Assembly: GCF_001194135.2 (NCBI RefSeq)
Contig: NC_068990.1
Location: forward strand, 39,549,376-39,613,375
DNA length: 64,000 bases
Origin: Octopus bimaculoides
Taxonomy: Eukaryota
Direction of reading: 5' to 3'
Shown: positions 38,013 through 50,051 of the stretch, in pieces
Numbering within the stretch: the first letter of the stretch is position 1
Layout: every line of letters begins with the position of its first letter
Program-made: the position numbers and the translations under genes
Notes under the pieces: model-generated
Databases searched by the model: none
What the model was told of the DNA's origin: nothing
What the model saw: only the letters and a program-made list of their open reading frames with translations

Positions 38013-38490
38013 NNNNNNNNNNNNNNNNNNNNNNNNNNNNNNNNNNNNNNNNNNNNNNNNNNNNNNNNNNNNNNNNNNNNNNNNNNNNNNNNNNNNNNNN
38101 NNNNNNNNNNNNNNNNNNNNNNNNNNNNNNNNNNNNNNNNNNNNNNNNNNNNNNNNNNNNNNNNNNNNNNNNNNNNNNNNNNNNNNNNNNNNNNNNNNNN
38201 NNNNNNNNNNNNNNNNNNNNNNNNNNNNNNNNNNNNNNNNNNNNNNNNNNNNNNNNNNNNNNNNNNNNNNNNNNNNNNNNNNNNNNNNNNNNNNNNNNNN
38301 NNNNNNNNNNNNNNNNNNNNNNNNNNNNNNNNNNNNNNNNNNNNNNNNNNNNNNNNNNNNNNNNNNNNNNNNNNNNNNNNNNNNNNNNNNNNNNNNNNNN
38401 NNNNNNNNNNNNNNNNNNNNNNNNNNNNNNNNNNNNNNNNNNNNNNNNNNNNNNNNNNNNNNNNNNNNNNNNNNNNNNNNNNNNNNNNNN

Positions 38491-38533
<43 letters not shown>

Positions 38534-39156
38534 GTATATATATACTTGTCCATGCGTGTGTGGAAATGGATGCTTGTGAACATATACACACACATTAATA
38601 TGTATACATCAATGCCTAGTACACATACATATACACACAAACACACACATATCCATGCATATTCTCACACACACACATATACACACACACAGTAATAAGA
38701 AGAGAGAAAGAGAGGGACAACAAGAGTGATATGAGAAGGAGACTTTGTAAGAGTTAAAAGAAAACAAAAAATAGGAAGTGAGAAATAAAAACAAAATTTA
38801 AAAAAAAAAATTTTGAAAAAAATATGAAAATAAAAATGAAAAAGTGAATCAACAAAGCAGAAAGCTTTCAGTGTTTTTCTCTGTTCATTTCAGTTTCTTT
38901 AGAATAGATTTGCTTTTGTTGTTGTTGTTGTTGTTATAGTTGTTTTTGTTGTTGTTGTTGTTCAAGTGGTGACTAGAAAGCTTGCTAGGGTATGCAGGAA
39001 GTTATATGACGTCAGGCACCAAATCTCTGATATTCTGCCAAATTCTTTATTTGGCTAAAAGAAGTGAACTGATTAAATCTTTAAATTAAAGAAGAGAAGA
39101 GTAAAACAAAATGAATGAATAATTTTTTTGAAAAATGGAATAAAAAGAAGTAAGGA

Positions 39157-39219
<63 letters not shown>

Positions 39220-40319
39220 NNNNNNNNNNNNNNNNNNNNNNNNNNNNNNNNNNNNNNNNNNNNNNNNNNNNNNNNNNNNNNNNNNNNNNNNNNNNNNNNN
39301 NNNNNNNNNNNNNNNNNNNNNNNNNNNNNNNNNNNNNNNNNNNNNNNNNNNNNNNNNNNNNNNNNNNNNNNNNNNNNNNNNNNNNNNNNNNNNNNNNNNN
39401 NNNNNNNNNNNNNNNNNNNNNNNNNNNNNNNNNNNNNNNNNNNNNNNNNNNNNNNNNNNNNNNNNNNNNNNNNNNNNNNNNNNNNNNNNNNNNNNNNNNN
39501 NNNNNNNNNNNNNNNNNNNNNNNNNNNNNNNNNNNNNNNNNNNNNNNNNNNNNNNNNNNNNNNNNNNNNNNNNNNNNNNNNNNNNNNNNNNNNNNNNNNN
39601 NNNNNNNNNNNNNNNNNNNNNNNNNNNNNNNNNNNNNNNNNNNNNNNNNNNNNNNNNNNNNNNNNNNNNNNNNNNNNTATAAATCATTTTAAATGAAGTG
39701 AGATTGAAAAAAAGTTTCTTTTTTTAAAAGAAACTAAAATTAAAATTGTATGAAAATAGGAATAAATTTTGAGATAAGAAAAAATTCTAAAAATATATAA
39801 ATTTATGAAAATATATTGTCAAGAAATTATTATGGTAAGTGATTCAAAAATTCTCTCGACCCAAATTTTTTTCATCTAACCATGGCAAAAAATAGGCAAA
39901 TTACTTCAGTTTAAATTGTATTTTTTTTTTCTTTAATCTTTCATTGTTTTTAAGATAGACACTTAAGCACATATACACCTACACACACTCACACACATAT
40001 GTAAATGAATAACTTAAAATGAATAACTTAAAAAATATTTCATATATTTCTGGATTAAAAAAAATAATAGAAACTGGAAGAATTTCCTTAAAACAATGGA
40101 AAAATCATTTGAAATTCTAATGTCAAAATAGCATATTCATATCTTTCTCCTGTTCTCTCTTCCTTCATGTATGTATGTATGCATGTATGTGTATTTATAT
40201 ATTTATTTATTTATTTATTTATGTGTTTCAGCCAAGTGGCTGCAGTCATGCTGGTGCACCATATATATATATATATATATATGCATGTATGTACATATAT
40301 ATATGCATATATATATGTA

Positions 40320-40403
<84 letters not shown>

Positions 40404-40539
40404 TGTATATATATTCTATTTTTATATAGTTTCTTGTATGAGTAATCATCATTATCCTCAACATTCTCTTTTCTTTGCTAACCCAATTTGGACTACACCT
40501 TATCCTTATGACCTGAGTCAGTTCTTATTCAGAGTTACT

Positions 40540-40990
40540 GCTCCCCAATTATTAGATGGCTCGGCAACTACGTCTTTCTTGTACATTTCATCATTAACAT
40601 TGCTGGATGCTCTTTTTGTTACCTACCACTTTACGGAGCTCACTGGGTACAGTTTAACATGGCACCAGGACTTTAGATTTTGACATATGCCCAGTAAAAT
40701 TAGAGAGTTCCTTTACCCATGTTACCTCCATTCATTCACCAACTATATTATAGAGTTACCTGAGAGCATTTCATCATGGCACCAGCAACAGAGTGGTTTG
40801 AGTGTCCTTAGTACGATTAAAGAGTCCTCCCAGTCATATGTTCCCTGTTTGTTTGTTCACTAACAGCAGAAGCTTGGTTCATCCCCAGAAGTTGAAAAAG
40901 GGGATGTGGAAAGGGAACCAAAAATATAGGATGATGGCAGAGACTAAGGGAGGAAAATCAGGGTGATACTTGTAAGAAGGTTACAGAGGA
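40540..40990 (-). mobile_element. Decayed RTE-type 3' region
   Basis: CTGGATGCTCTTTTTGTTACC and CATGGCACCAGCA match the reverse complement of the RTE tail motifs. Confidence 0.45.
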
Positions 40991-42780
40991 GAGAGAGGAA
41001 ACAGAGAATGATAGACAGCTACATGAAGATTGTTGGTATGGAGTTTGAATAGAAACAGTATGAGCAGCTTGGTGGAGGAAAAGAGAATGGTGAGAGAGAG
41101 ATTATTGTAGATGAGGGTACAGGAGAAATGTGGTAAAGTGATAAAATGGGAGAGTAATTGTTGAAAGAGAGAGTGATAGAATAGAGAGGGAAGGTGATAG
41201 TAGAGTGATGTAGTGGTGGATAGATACAAAATGGTGGGTGTCAACAGTGAGTGATAGAGGAGGGATACGTGTGAGAAAGTGTGACGAGCAGCAATAAAAA
41301 GGGGTGATGATAAGGAGATGGTTGAATGCAGACAGATCCAAAATGATGCCATCAATCATGACACAGGCAGCATGATGAGTGGAAGATAAAGTTAAAGGAG
41401 GTAGGCAGAGTGATAGGAAAGGAGGTGATTAATAAATGAGAAATATAAAAGAAAAAAAGGAAGAGAATGGTATATGAAGACTTAAAATGAGTATAATGAT
41501 TGAAAGAAACCCCAAAGTAGTTAAAATATATCTCAGTTTCCATCACTATCACACTATCACATTATTAGAAAACTAAGTAACCACGAAAATAGTAGGAGCA
41601 AATGTTTAACATTTTCCATAAAAAATAGCAGTGTGATGAAATTGAATTGTTTGTTAAAGAATAAAAATAGAATATATCACTAAAGAAAGCCATGTGCAGT
41701 AAGTTTTAGATTAATCATAAAAACCTTTTCTACTTTGAAAGCATTTCACTATAAAATGCCATCATATGGCATGTCAAAGTGGTAAAATATTTTAAGGCAC
41801 CAAATTGGTAGAGCCATCAGGATGTCATCGTATTTGTTCCAACTCTCAACACACTGAGTTCAAGTTCAGCCAATGTCAATATTACCTTTTCCTTTCAGGA
41901 TCATTACACATGTACCAATCTAGAGCAGTAGATTGCATGCCTTCCAGTATTTGTTCTGACTTTTGTGTTCTGGATTCAAATCCTACTTTGGCCTACCCTA
42001 GCGCTATACTTAATCTGTTGCCCTGTTTAACTCCATCACCAGGCATCTTGAATGCTTTTAGCAGAGGAGTTGACTTTGTTGAAAGTATTTAGGACAGGTT
42101 TCCAGTTTGAGAATAACTTCCCCACTCCCAACAATTTTAGAGGCCCTTAAATAGGCACAGCCTTTCCTTCTGAAAAAAAAAAAAAGATCTAAAAAAATTA
42201 TAAGAGGAAGAATTGACTTCTCCCAAGTTTTGGATTTTGTCTTCGGATTGCCTTTTCAAAACTGCAGCAGGAAATCAGTGTTTTCCTTTAGGCATATTAT
42301 GTTTATATGAAGGCATAAAAATGATTGAATCTTGAATAAACTTGAGTTTGGTGCCAGAATATGACTAAGAATTTCAGCTAATGTAATGATTTGCATATAT
42401 TCATATTTTACTTTTGGGAATTTATCAGTTTTTAGCTAAAACATATATATTGAATAATTTCAAGTAAAGAACAGATTATATAATTCTGAATAATCTAGAT
42501 ATATTAAAGTATTAACATACTATATCTTCTCTTATAAACTGCAGGATTGTCTGATGCAAAGAGATAGTATGTAATATGTAATAGCTGTACAAGTTTTCTT
42601 AACTCTTTTGTTCCTGTTTTTCTAATAAAATACACTTTATCTCATATGTTTTAAATAAAATTCTAAAATAAAATGTAAGTTTAGAATGTTTGTGTAAAAA
42701 AAATCTCTAGTGTATTTTTTTTATTTATTCATTACTGTATTAAAGTTGTGGTACATTCACAGCTTATTTTCATTTTTTTT

Positions 42781-43125
42781 CATTTTATCTAGTTTCAGCT
42801 CATGAGCTGTGGCCATGCTGGGGCACCACCATTTGGTGTTGCTACACAATTTTACTTCACAAATTTTACTTCAGGAATTGACATTTGGTGCATGAGAGAG
42901 TTTGATGCAGCTGCTCTCATCTGCACCTCTTGCCGTGAAGTTGGTTCATCTGGGACACCCGACAGGAAGAGGTCCAGCCTCATCTTGAAGACACCTACAT
43001 CCACCGCATGCAGGTCTCTCAGGTCCTTCAGGAGGATATTGAAGAGCTGTGGATCTCTGAAGCCCAGGCTATTGCAGTGTCTTGTCCTACATCTTGATGG
43101 CAAATTTGGAGTCCTTGGCATTATG
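42781..43125 (-). mobile_element. CR1/L2-group LINE 3' end including terminal hairpin
   Basis: NSLGFRDPQLFNILLKDLR..FKMRLDLFLSGVPDEP..stop, then GGTGGTGCCCCAGCATGGCCACAGCTCATGAGCTGAAACTAG. Confidence 0.85.
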
Positions 43126-43164
43126 CTAATAGAACTTTCTTACAAAAGTATTTTGATACTGCGA

Positions 43165-44110
43165 AATAGAAATAAAAAAGAATAATAACTGCTCTTTCTG
43201 GGTGTGCTAATAAGTCACAGAGAGTGTGGATAGATATCATCCATTAGATACATACCCATATGCACTGGGTAATATTTAAATTTTCGATTCCTACCATGCA
43301 TACAACATGAACACAAATCTTCCATGGCATGTATTATTAAGCCGAACTCATAAGCAGCCATCCTGATACATTGCAATACCAAATAATTAGGATTAGAAAG
43401 AATGTTCAGAGTAACAACTACTCTGCAAGCATAGCATCAGCTTTCAAAAGCTGATAAGGGTTCACAGCATTAATAAAAAAAATAGAAAACATTATATGAT
43501 CTACGTACACTAACATTTGAGCTATGTCACAAAAACTCAGATGATCTACACAGAATGATATTCAAAAGCAGGTCTAACATTCAGTGGAATCTCTCAAGGG
43601 TGGAGGAGAACCCTGCCAGATAATATCACGGTCGAATATTATGTACTTGTGGCAGTGAATATGAAGGTGAGGCCTGTCAGCCCCTAAAATATTTGGCAAG
43701 AGGAACATTGTGAAGGCATAATCCATGGAGTGGGAGAAAAATCAGGCATGGTTAATTATTTGAGAGAGCAAAAGGAAATTGGTGGATAAGGTGACTGAAA
43801 GAATCAGCAGATATACTGGACTTTAAAAACCACCACAATAGGGATAACATAGAGCTGAACACCAAATGGGTACCTTTAGTTAAGAAAGAGAGGATATTAG
43901 ACCTTTGACCATATAAGAAGTTAGGCCAAAAGCACCAAATTCCTACTATGTAATTGTGCTACAGGACAATAGAAGATAGTTAATGTAAGTGTTGTATGTT
44001 AAATGAGGAGTGGGTTGAGTAACTAGTAAGTGTGGTCTCTATCCTTGGATCAGTCAAGCTAAATATGTCCAGGATGAAGTGTTATAAACTAGCTGCAAAT
44101 TATTCATGCA
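43165..44110 (+). mobile_element. Decayed Penelope-like element (RT thumb and GIY-YIG remnant)
   Basis: LCTCGSEYEGEACQPLK..KSGM resembles PLE IPCSCGKEYxGET-RPL; upstream resembles LPFLDV..YLNF.S.H; very degenerate. Confidence 0.55.
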
Positions 44111-44303
44111 TCACAAGAATGGAAGCAATTAGTGAAGCTGTTTTCGTGTGAAAAGTGAATACGCATACATCTCTATTTTATATATTATTAGATTAGATTA
44201 GATATATATATATTTGATTAATGAAAGAGATGGCAGATGGAAGATACAAGAATGTTTCTTAATCACTACAATTGTTTCAACACATCTAGCATCGATTCAA
44301 CCA

Positions 44304-44449
44304 CTAGCATAGCTACAGTGTGTGCCGCCTGGGGCAGCCCTTACATTTGTCGCCCCCGAACCCCACAAAAGCCACATATTGCCTGCAGCAGACCCAAAAG
44401 TGCCATCTGGGGCAGACCATCCCTACCACCCCCCATCCTAGCTACACTA
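44304..44449. mobile_element. MITE-like element
   Basis: Inverted ends CTAGCATAGCTA / TAGCTACACTAG; duplicated internal GCC.(C/T)CTGGGGCAG; no clear TSD. Confidence 0.5.
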
Positions 44450-44704
44450 GCAAATTCAAAACAGGTGGTATACTTAACAAATGGTTTAAGAGTATCCGTT
44501 GGTGTAGATGTGTCTCTTCAGGTGATTGCAAGATGTATCTTATTAAAATACCGACTATTTCACAAGATATCTTTTTAGTTTGTGTATAATAAAGCAGTAA
44601 ATTAAGGGACATAGCCTCATTTTTATAGAAGATCAATAATAAATGCCAGATGCTAAAAGAAACGAATACACAATATATAGGTATGTACATATACACACCA
44701 CCAC

Positions 44705-44930
44705 CACCATCATCATCATCATCATTATCTAACATCTACTTTTCCATGCTTGCATGGGTCAGATGGAATGTTTTTGAGGCAGATTTTCTCTGGCCAGATA
44801 CTTTTCCAGTCACCAACCCTCACACCTGTTTCCAAGTCTCATGACCAGACATATTTTCAGAGGAAGGACACTGCTTGCATGACAGTGACACTTGTTTACA
44901 AGTGTCAAGTGATGTTAAGATAAGGAGACT
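44705..44930 (-). mobile_element. RTE-tailed repeat fragment
   Basis: TTCCATGCTTGCATGGG..GGCCAGATACTTTTCCAGTCACCAACC preceded by (CAT)n. Confidence 0.55.
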
Positions 44931-44966
44931 GTAACACATACATACATAGACAAATAGATAGAGAGA

Positions 44967-45179
44967 TTCTTTTACCTTTTACTTGGTTCAGTCATTTGTC
45001 TGTGGCCTTGCTGGAGCACCATTTAGATGTAGGTATATATGATGGGCTTCCTTCAATTTCCTCTCTAGCAAATCTACTCACAAGACTCTGGTTGGCCTAA
45101 GGTACCACAGAGTGAGACTGAACCTAGAACTATGTTTTTAAGAAGCAAGCGTCTTACCACACAGCCACACCTGCACCTA
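44967..45179 (-). mobile_element. SINE-B with large internal deletions
   Basis: Tail and head of SINE-B both present; central part missing. Confidence 0.75.
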
Positions 45180-45183
45180 CCAA

Positions 45184-45219
<36 letters not shown>

Positions 45220-45304
45220 TAGCACCATACATATAAATATACATAGACATATATATGCATGTGTGTGTGTAAACCTGTTCTGTGTATGTATATACATGCA
45301 CATG

Positions 45305-45335
<31 letters not shown>

Positions 45336-45612
45336 ATGTTGGTAAAAAGAAACAATGCAACTGAATGATAGATATTAGATAAAGCTAAGTTGTTGAAGGA
45401 GAACATGACAGTAGGGGCAAAGTGGGTAGGACTTGGAAAGATTAATGAGATCAAACACAAGAATATTGTGATTTTATAGATGTGATGTTGAAACTTATAC
45501 ACACACACACACACGTATATGTTGTAAACTTGTACACTTGCCCAGCCCATGCCAAATCACAAAGACTTTTAAAATAAAGATGAATTTAATGGATGTAATA
45601 TATGTCTGTGTG

Positions 45613-45649
<37 letters not shown>

Positions 45650-45693
45650 GGAGGTACATATACATACANNNNNNNNNNATATATATGTATATG

Positions 45694-45725
<32 letters not shown>

Positions 45726-46195
45726 TGTATGTATGTGCATACACATTATACATAAAAAGAAACATACAAATGCACATACATACTTACACATATACACACA
45801 CATAGATACATGCATACATATAAATCCATGCATATACTCTCATTACTTAAGCGATGGAAATGAAAATAAGACAACAAAGATCTGAATTTTCAGAAGACTG
45901 GAATGCAAAGAAGCTGTGTAAGCAACCACTAGATTTTTATAGAAAAACAAATTTAGATTCTAAACATTCTATATCATATAAAAGCATGTGCAACACAAAG
46001 ATCTTCTTTGATGTTTCTTGTTCTTGTTAGTGTTGGTTTACCCCAAGTGAAGTGTGATTTGAAGGTTATTTGGCTGCTACTTCAAATAGAATCTAGCTCC
46101 CTCATTCACTAACGTTTTTTTGAGTCTTACATTTTGTTCAATGTAGCAGCCAAATTCTCCCTCAAAAATATCCCCAGATTGGCAATATGCATGAA

Positions 46196-46392
46196 AAGGC
46201 AGCAAGCTGGGCAAAATGCTTAGCAATACTTCATCTGTCTTTACATTCTGAGTTCAAATTCCACCAATGTCGACTTTGCCTTTCATCCTTTTGGGGTCAA
46301 TAAATTAAGTACCAGTTACATACTGGGATCGATCTAATTGACTGGCCCCTCCCCTAAAATTTCCCGTCTTGTGCCTAGAGTAGAAAAGAATA
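46196..46392 (+). mobile_element. SINE-A
   Basis: Closely matches 161-373. Confidence 0.9.
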
Positions 46393-46789
46393 TGCATGAC
46401 TAAAGTCTTCTTGACTACCTCTGATTGATTAAGGATACTCATCCACAATTACTTGCAATATGATCTATTGTGATCAAACATTTCTAAACTCATGGGTTAT
46501 GAGCTAAACTGGGTTACAGGATATTTCTCAAAAGGTTGCATATACAAAACCTTTTACTTTTAAAGCATTTAATGAAAAATAACTGTTTACAATTGTTATG
46601 CTATAACCTATAGATTTTTATAGATAAAAAATCAAATAAGCTGAGTCAATTTAATGGGGTTATTCAACCTTGATTTTAGTCTAAACGTTTATTTTTCTCT
46701 CTAAAGAACAAGTATCTGAAACATAAGACGTTTATAGATTAAATTATTGCATATAGTAGACCACTATAGTTTCCTGACATCTTGATTTT

Positions 46790-47165
46790 ATATTGCACAA
46801 TACAGGCTACATAAATTACACAGTTGAAGCTTGTGCACTATTCTTTATACAATAGATGATAGGTAACATAAATGGCACAATACCAAGGTTACTTTATACA
46901 AAAGGCTATAGGCTACTTAAATGTGGCAACTGTGTAATATACACCATTCCATATGTAACAAACCAAAGGCTACATAAAGTCCACTACTGCGGAATACACT
47001 ATTCCTTATAACATGGCTATAGGCTACATTAGGACCTCAACTGAAAGGTATATACTCTTCCTTGTGCAATAAAACTATAAGCTACAAAAGTTATAAGACA
47101 AAACTTATAAAACTATAAGCTTTATAATGCCCAAAACTGAGGGATATACACTTTTCCCTATACAT
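46790..47165. repeat. Degenerate ~55-60-bp tandem repeat
   Basis: Recurring GGCTATAGGCTACA..ACT..ATACACTATTCCTTATA. Confidence 0.6.
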
Positions 47166-47766
47166 CTTCCACTCTTGGAAGAAAAAGAAAAATGAATAAA
47201 GAAAGACAATGGATATTTGTCTTAGAAAATATTAAATATTTTTTATACTTTTCTCATTGTCTCTTTTTTTTTATTATTAAAAATAGGCTCAGACAAAACT
47301 ATTTACAAACATGAGACTGTTGCTCAAATGTATTTTTTCAGTTTGCTAGAAATAGCAGTCAAATTTCCATTAAACAAAAAAGTGAAATGACACAAAGGGT
47401 AGATTAGAGTTGGAATATCTTTTGATTATCAATTTGTTACATCATGAAGGCACTTTGGGTGAACAAAAACAAAAGACATGCAATTTTCCAGGATGTGCTA
47501 TGACAGAACAGATAGAAAAGCACGTTAATGGCTCCAGGATAAGTCCAAGTAACATAAAGAAGTTTTCATTAGAGGTGTTGTTCAGTTCAAAGTTAGTCCT
47601 CAATAAGCAACGATATTCCAACAGGGAACCAAAGTATTGAATACAACATCTATTTTCTATACATTCCGCACACACATGTATGTATATATGTATGGAGCTA
47701 CATATCCAGTGTACCTCAGAATGGTACTCTGTAATTTGATACTGATTTGGTTACTATTTTTTGCAG

Positions 47767-47809
47767 ATTGAGCGGCCATACATTGGTTATGTCTTCTACC
47801 AGCATTTAA
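47767..47809 (+). CDS. Candidate 43-nt exon (IERPYIGYVFYQHL)
   Basis: TTTTTTGCAG acceptor and consensus GTAAGT donor; no homology recognised. Confidence 0.25.
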
Positions 47810-47888
47810 GTAAGTGGGTGCAGAGAGAATGTACTGGAAATTTTCATGTCTCCTAGAATGCAGAATAACAAAAATTTAATTGACAATA

Positions 47889-48455
47889 GGTGCAGGAGTG
47901 GCTGTGTGGTAAGTTGCATGGTTACCAACGACATGGTCCCGGGTTCAGTCCCACTGCGTGGCATCTTGGGCAAGTGTCTTCTACTATAGCCTTGGGCTGA
48001 TCAAAGCCTTGTGAGTGGATTTGGTAGACGAAACTGAAAGAAGCCCGTCATATATATGTATATATATANNNNNNNNNNNNNNNNNNNNNNNNNNNNNNNN
48101 NNNNNNNNNNNNNNNNNNNNNNNNNNNNNNNNNNNNNNNNNNNNNNNNNNNNNNNNNNNNNNNNNNNNNNNNNNNNNNNNNNNNNNNNNNNNNNNNNNNN
48201 NNNNNNNNNNNNNNNNNNNNTGTGTGTGTGTGTGTGTGTGTGTGTTTATGTTTGTTCCCCTAGCATTGCTTGACAACTGATGCTGGTGTGTTTATGTCCC
48301 TGTCACTTAGCAGTTCGGCAAGAGAGACCAATAGAATAAGTACTAGGCTTACAAAGAATAAGTCCTGGGGGTCAATTTGCTTGACTAAAAGGCGGTGCTC
48401 CAGCATGGCCGCAGTCAAATGACTGAAACAAGTAAAAGAGTAAAAGAGTAAAGAG
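47889..48455 (+). mobile_element. SINE-B, full length, assembly gap in its internal microsatellite
   Basis: Head before and tail after the N-run 48069-48220. Confidence 0.9.
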
Positions 48456-49949
48456 AGATGCAAATTAATGATGCATTTAAAATTTTTAAAAGGTATTACT
48501 TGGTTGGTCAGGAAGTATTTCATTGTAGTCTCCTTTATGAAAGAGTCAAATATTTTGGTAAGGAGTGTGTGGAAAGGTAACAGACATGGGTAGAATGAGA
48601 GAGATTAGATCAAATGGCATTTCAACAAGTTTACAAGAAGGGGATGTTCTGTTGTAACTGGTAGAAGGGACAGAGATCGTGGGAGAGTCACCCATGATGA
48701 TAGTGGTGAAGGGGCGGATTGTTGGAGCACTTTTATTCAGAGATCTGTAGATGAATGAGTAAATGAATAAATATTTGTTTTATTTTATGGTTACCCTTCC
48801 AGAGTATGATGGACAGGAAATAAGGTTGAAGGTACTCAGACCATCAATGGGGATGATGGGTGGGTGGTTGGTGGAAACAAGGGATATGATAACGATGATA
48901 ATGGTGATCATCACGATAACAACACTACAGTGATGATGATGGTGATGGTGATGGCAACAAGTACAATGACGGAGATGATGACGATGATGATGATGATGAT
49001 GATGATGACAACGAAGACAACAACAGTGATGACGACGATGGTTATGATGATTACAATGACAACAGCAATAACGACAACAATACCGCTACTGACAATAACA
49101 CTGATGATGATGCTGATGACGAGAATAGCAATGATGAAAATAAAAATGACCATGAATAAGGTTAGGGGATTTTCGTCATAATGATGACAACGATGGTACT
49201 GGTAATGATGAGGATGTTTGAGAAGAGAATGACAAAAGATGATGTGCAAGATGATAAAAAAAACAAAAAGAATAATGATGATGATGATAATGACAATGGT
49301 GATGATGATGAACAATTTTTATTTATGTATTTTATTGTTATCTTTTATTCGTATTTTCTTTATTATTTATTCATTCATTTGTTTTTGTTTCTTATTTCAA
49401 TCAATATGCAATTCTTTCACCAAGCATCTTTCGATTAAACGACTTAGGGTTCCAATATTTCATTCATTTGGTTGGCAGTTAGCGAAAAGATACGCTAAAC
49501 TTCTCATACAAAGTATAAGAAAAATTACAGTAAAAGCAAGAGGAAATAAACCAAAAACACAGAAGGAAAAAAAAAGGAAGAATTTTGCTTCAGTTTATCA
49601 GAAGTATATTTGCTAAAAGCAATTACTAACAACTTTTGGCAAAATCCTGAAGTATATCTTGCATGTGATATACTGAATGATATCCATCAGCCATGTAGGA
49701 TTTGGTATGATATATGGACTTAGACTTGATATCACACATAGACATACACACACACACACACATGGATACATTGATACATACGTGAATACATAAAAATACC
49801 ACACATACACACATATGCACACAGACATGTATACAAGTGTATGGTGATATTAGTTGTTTTAATAATCAATTTGAGACACGAAAAGATATATACACACACT
49901 CAAATGCATATATGTATGTATGTATGTATGTATGTACATATGTATGTAT

Positions 49950-49986
<37 letters not shown>

Positions 49987-50005
49987 CATATGCATATATA
50001 TGTAT

Positions 50006-50051
<46 letters not shown>

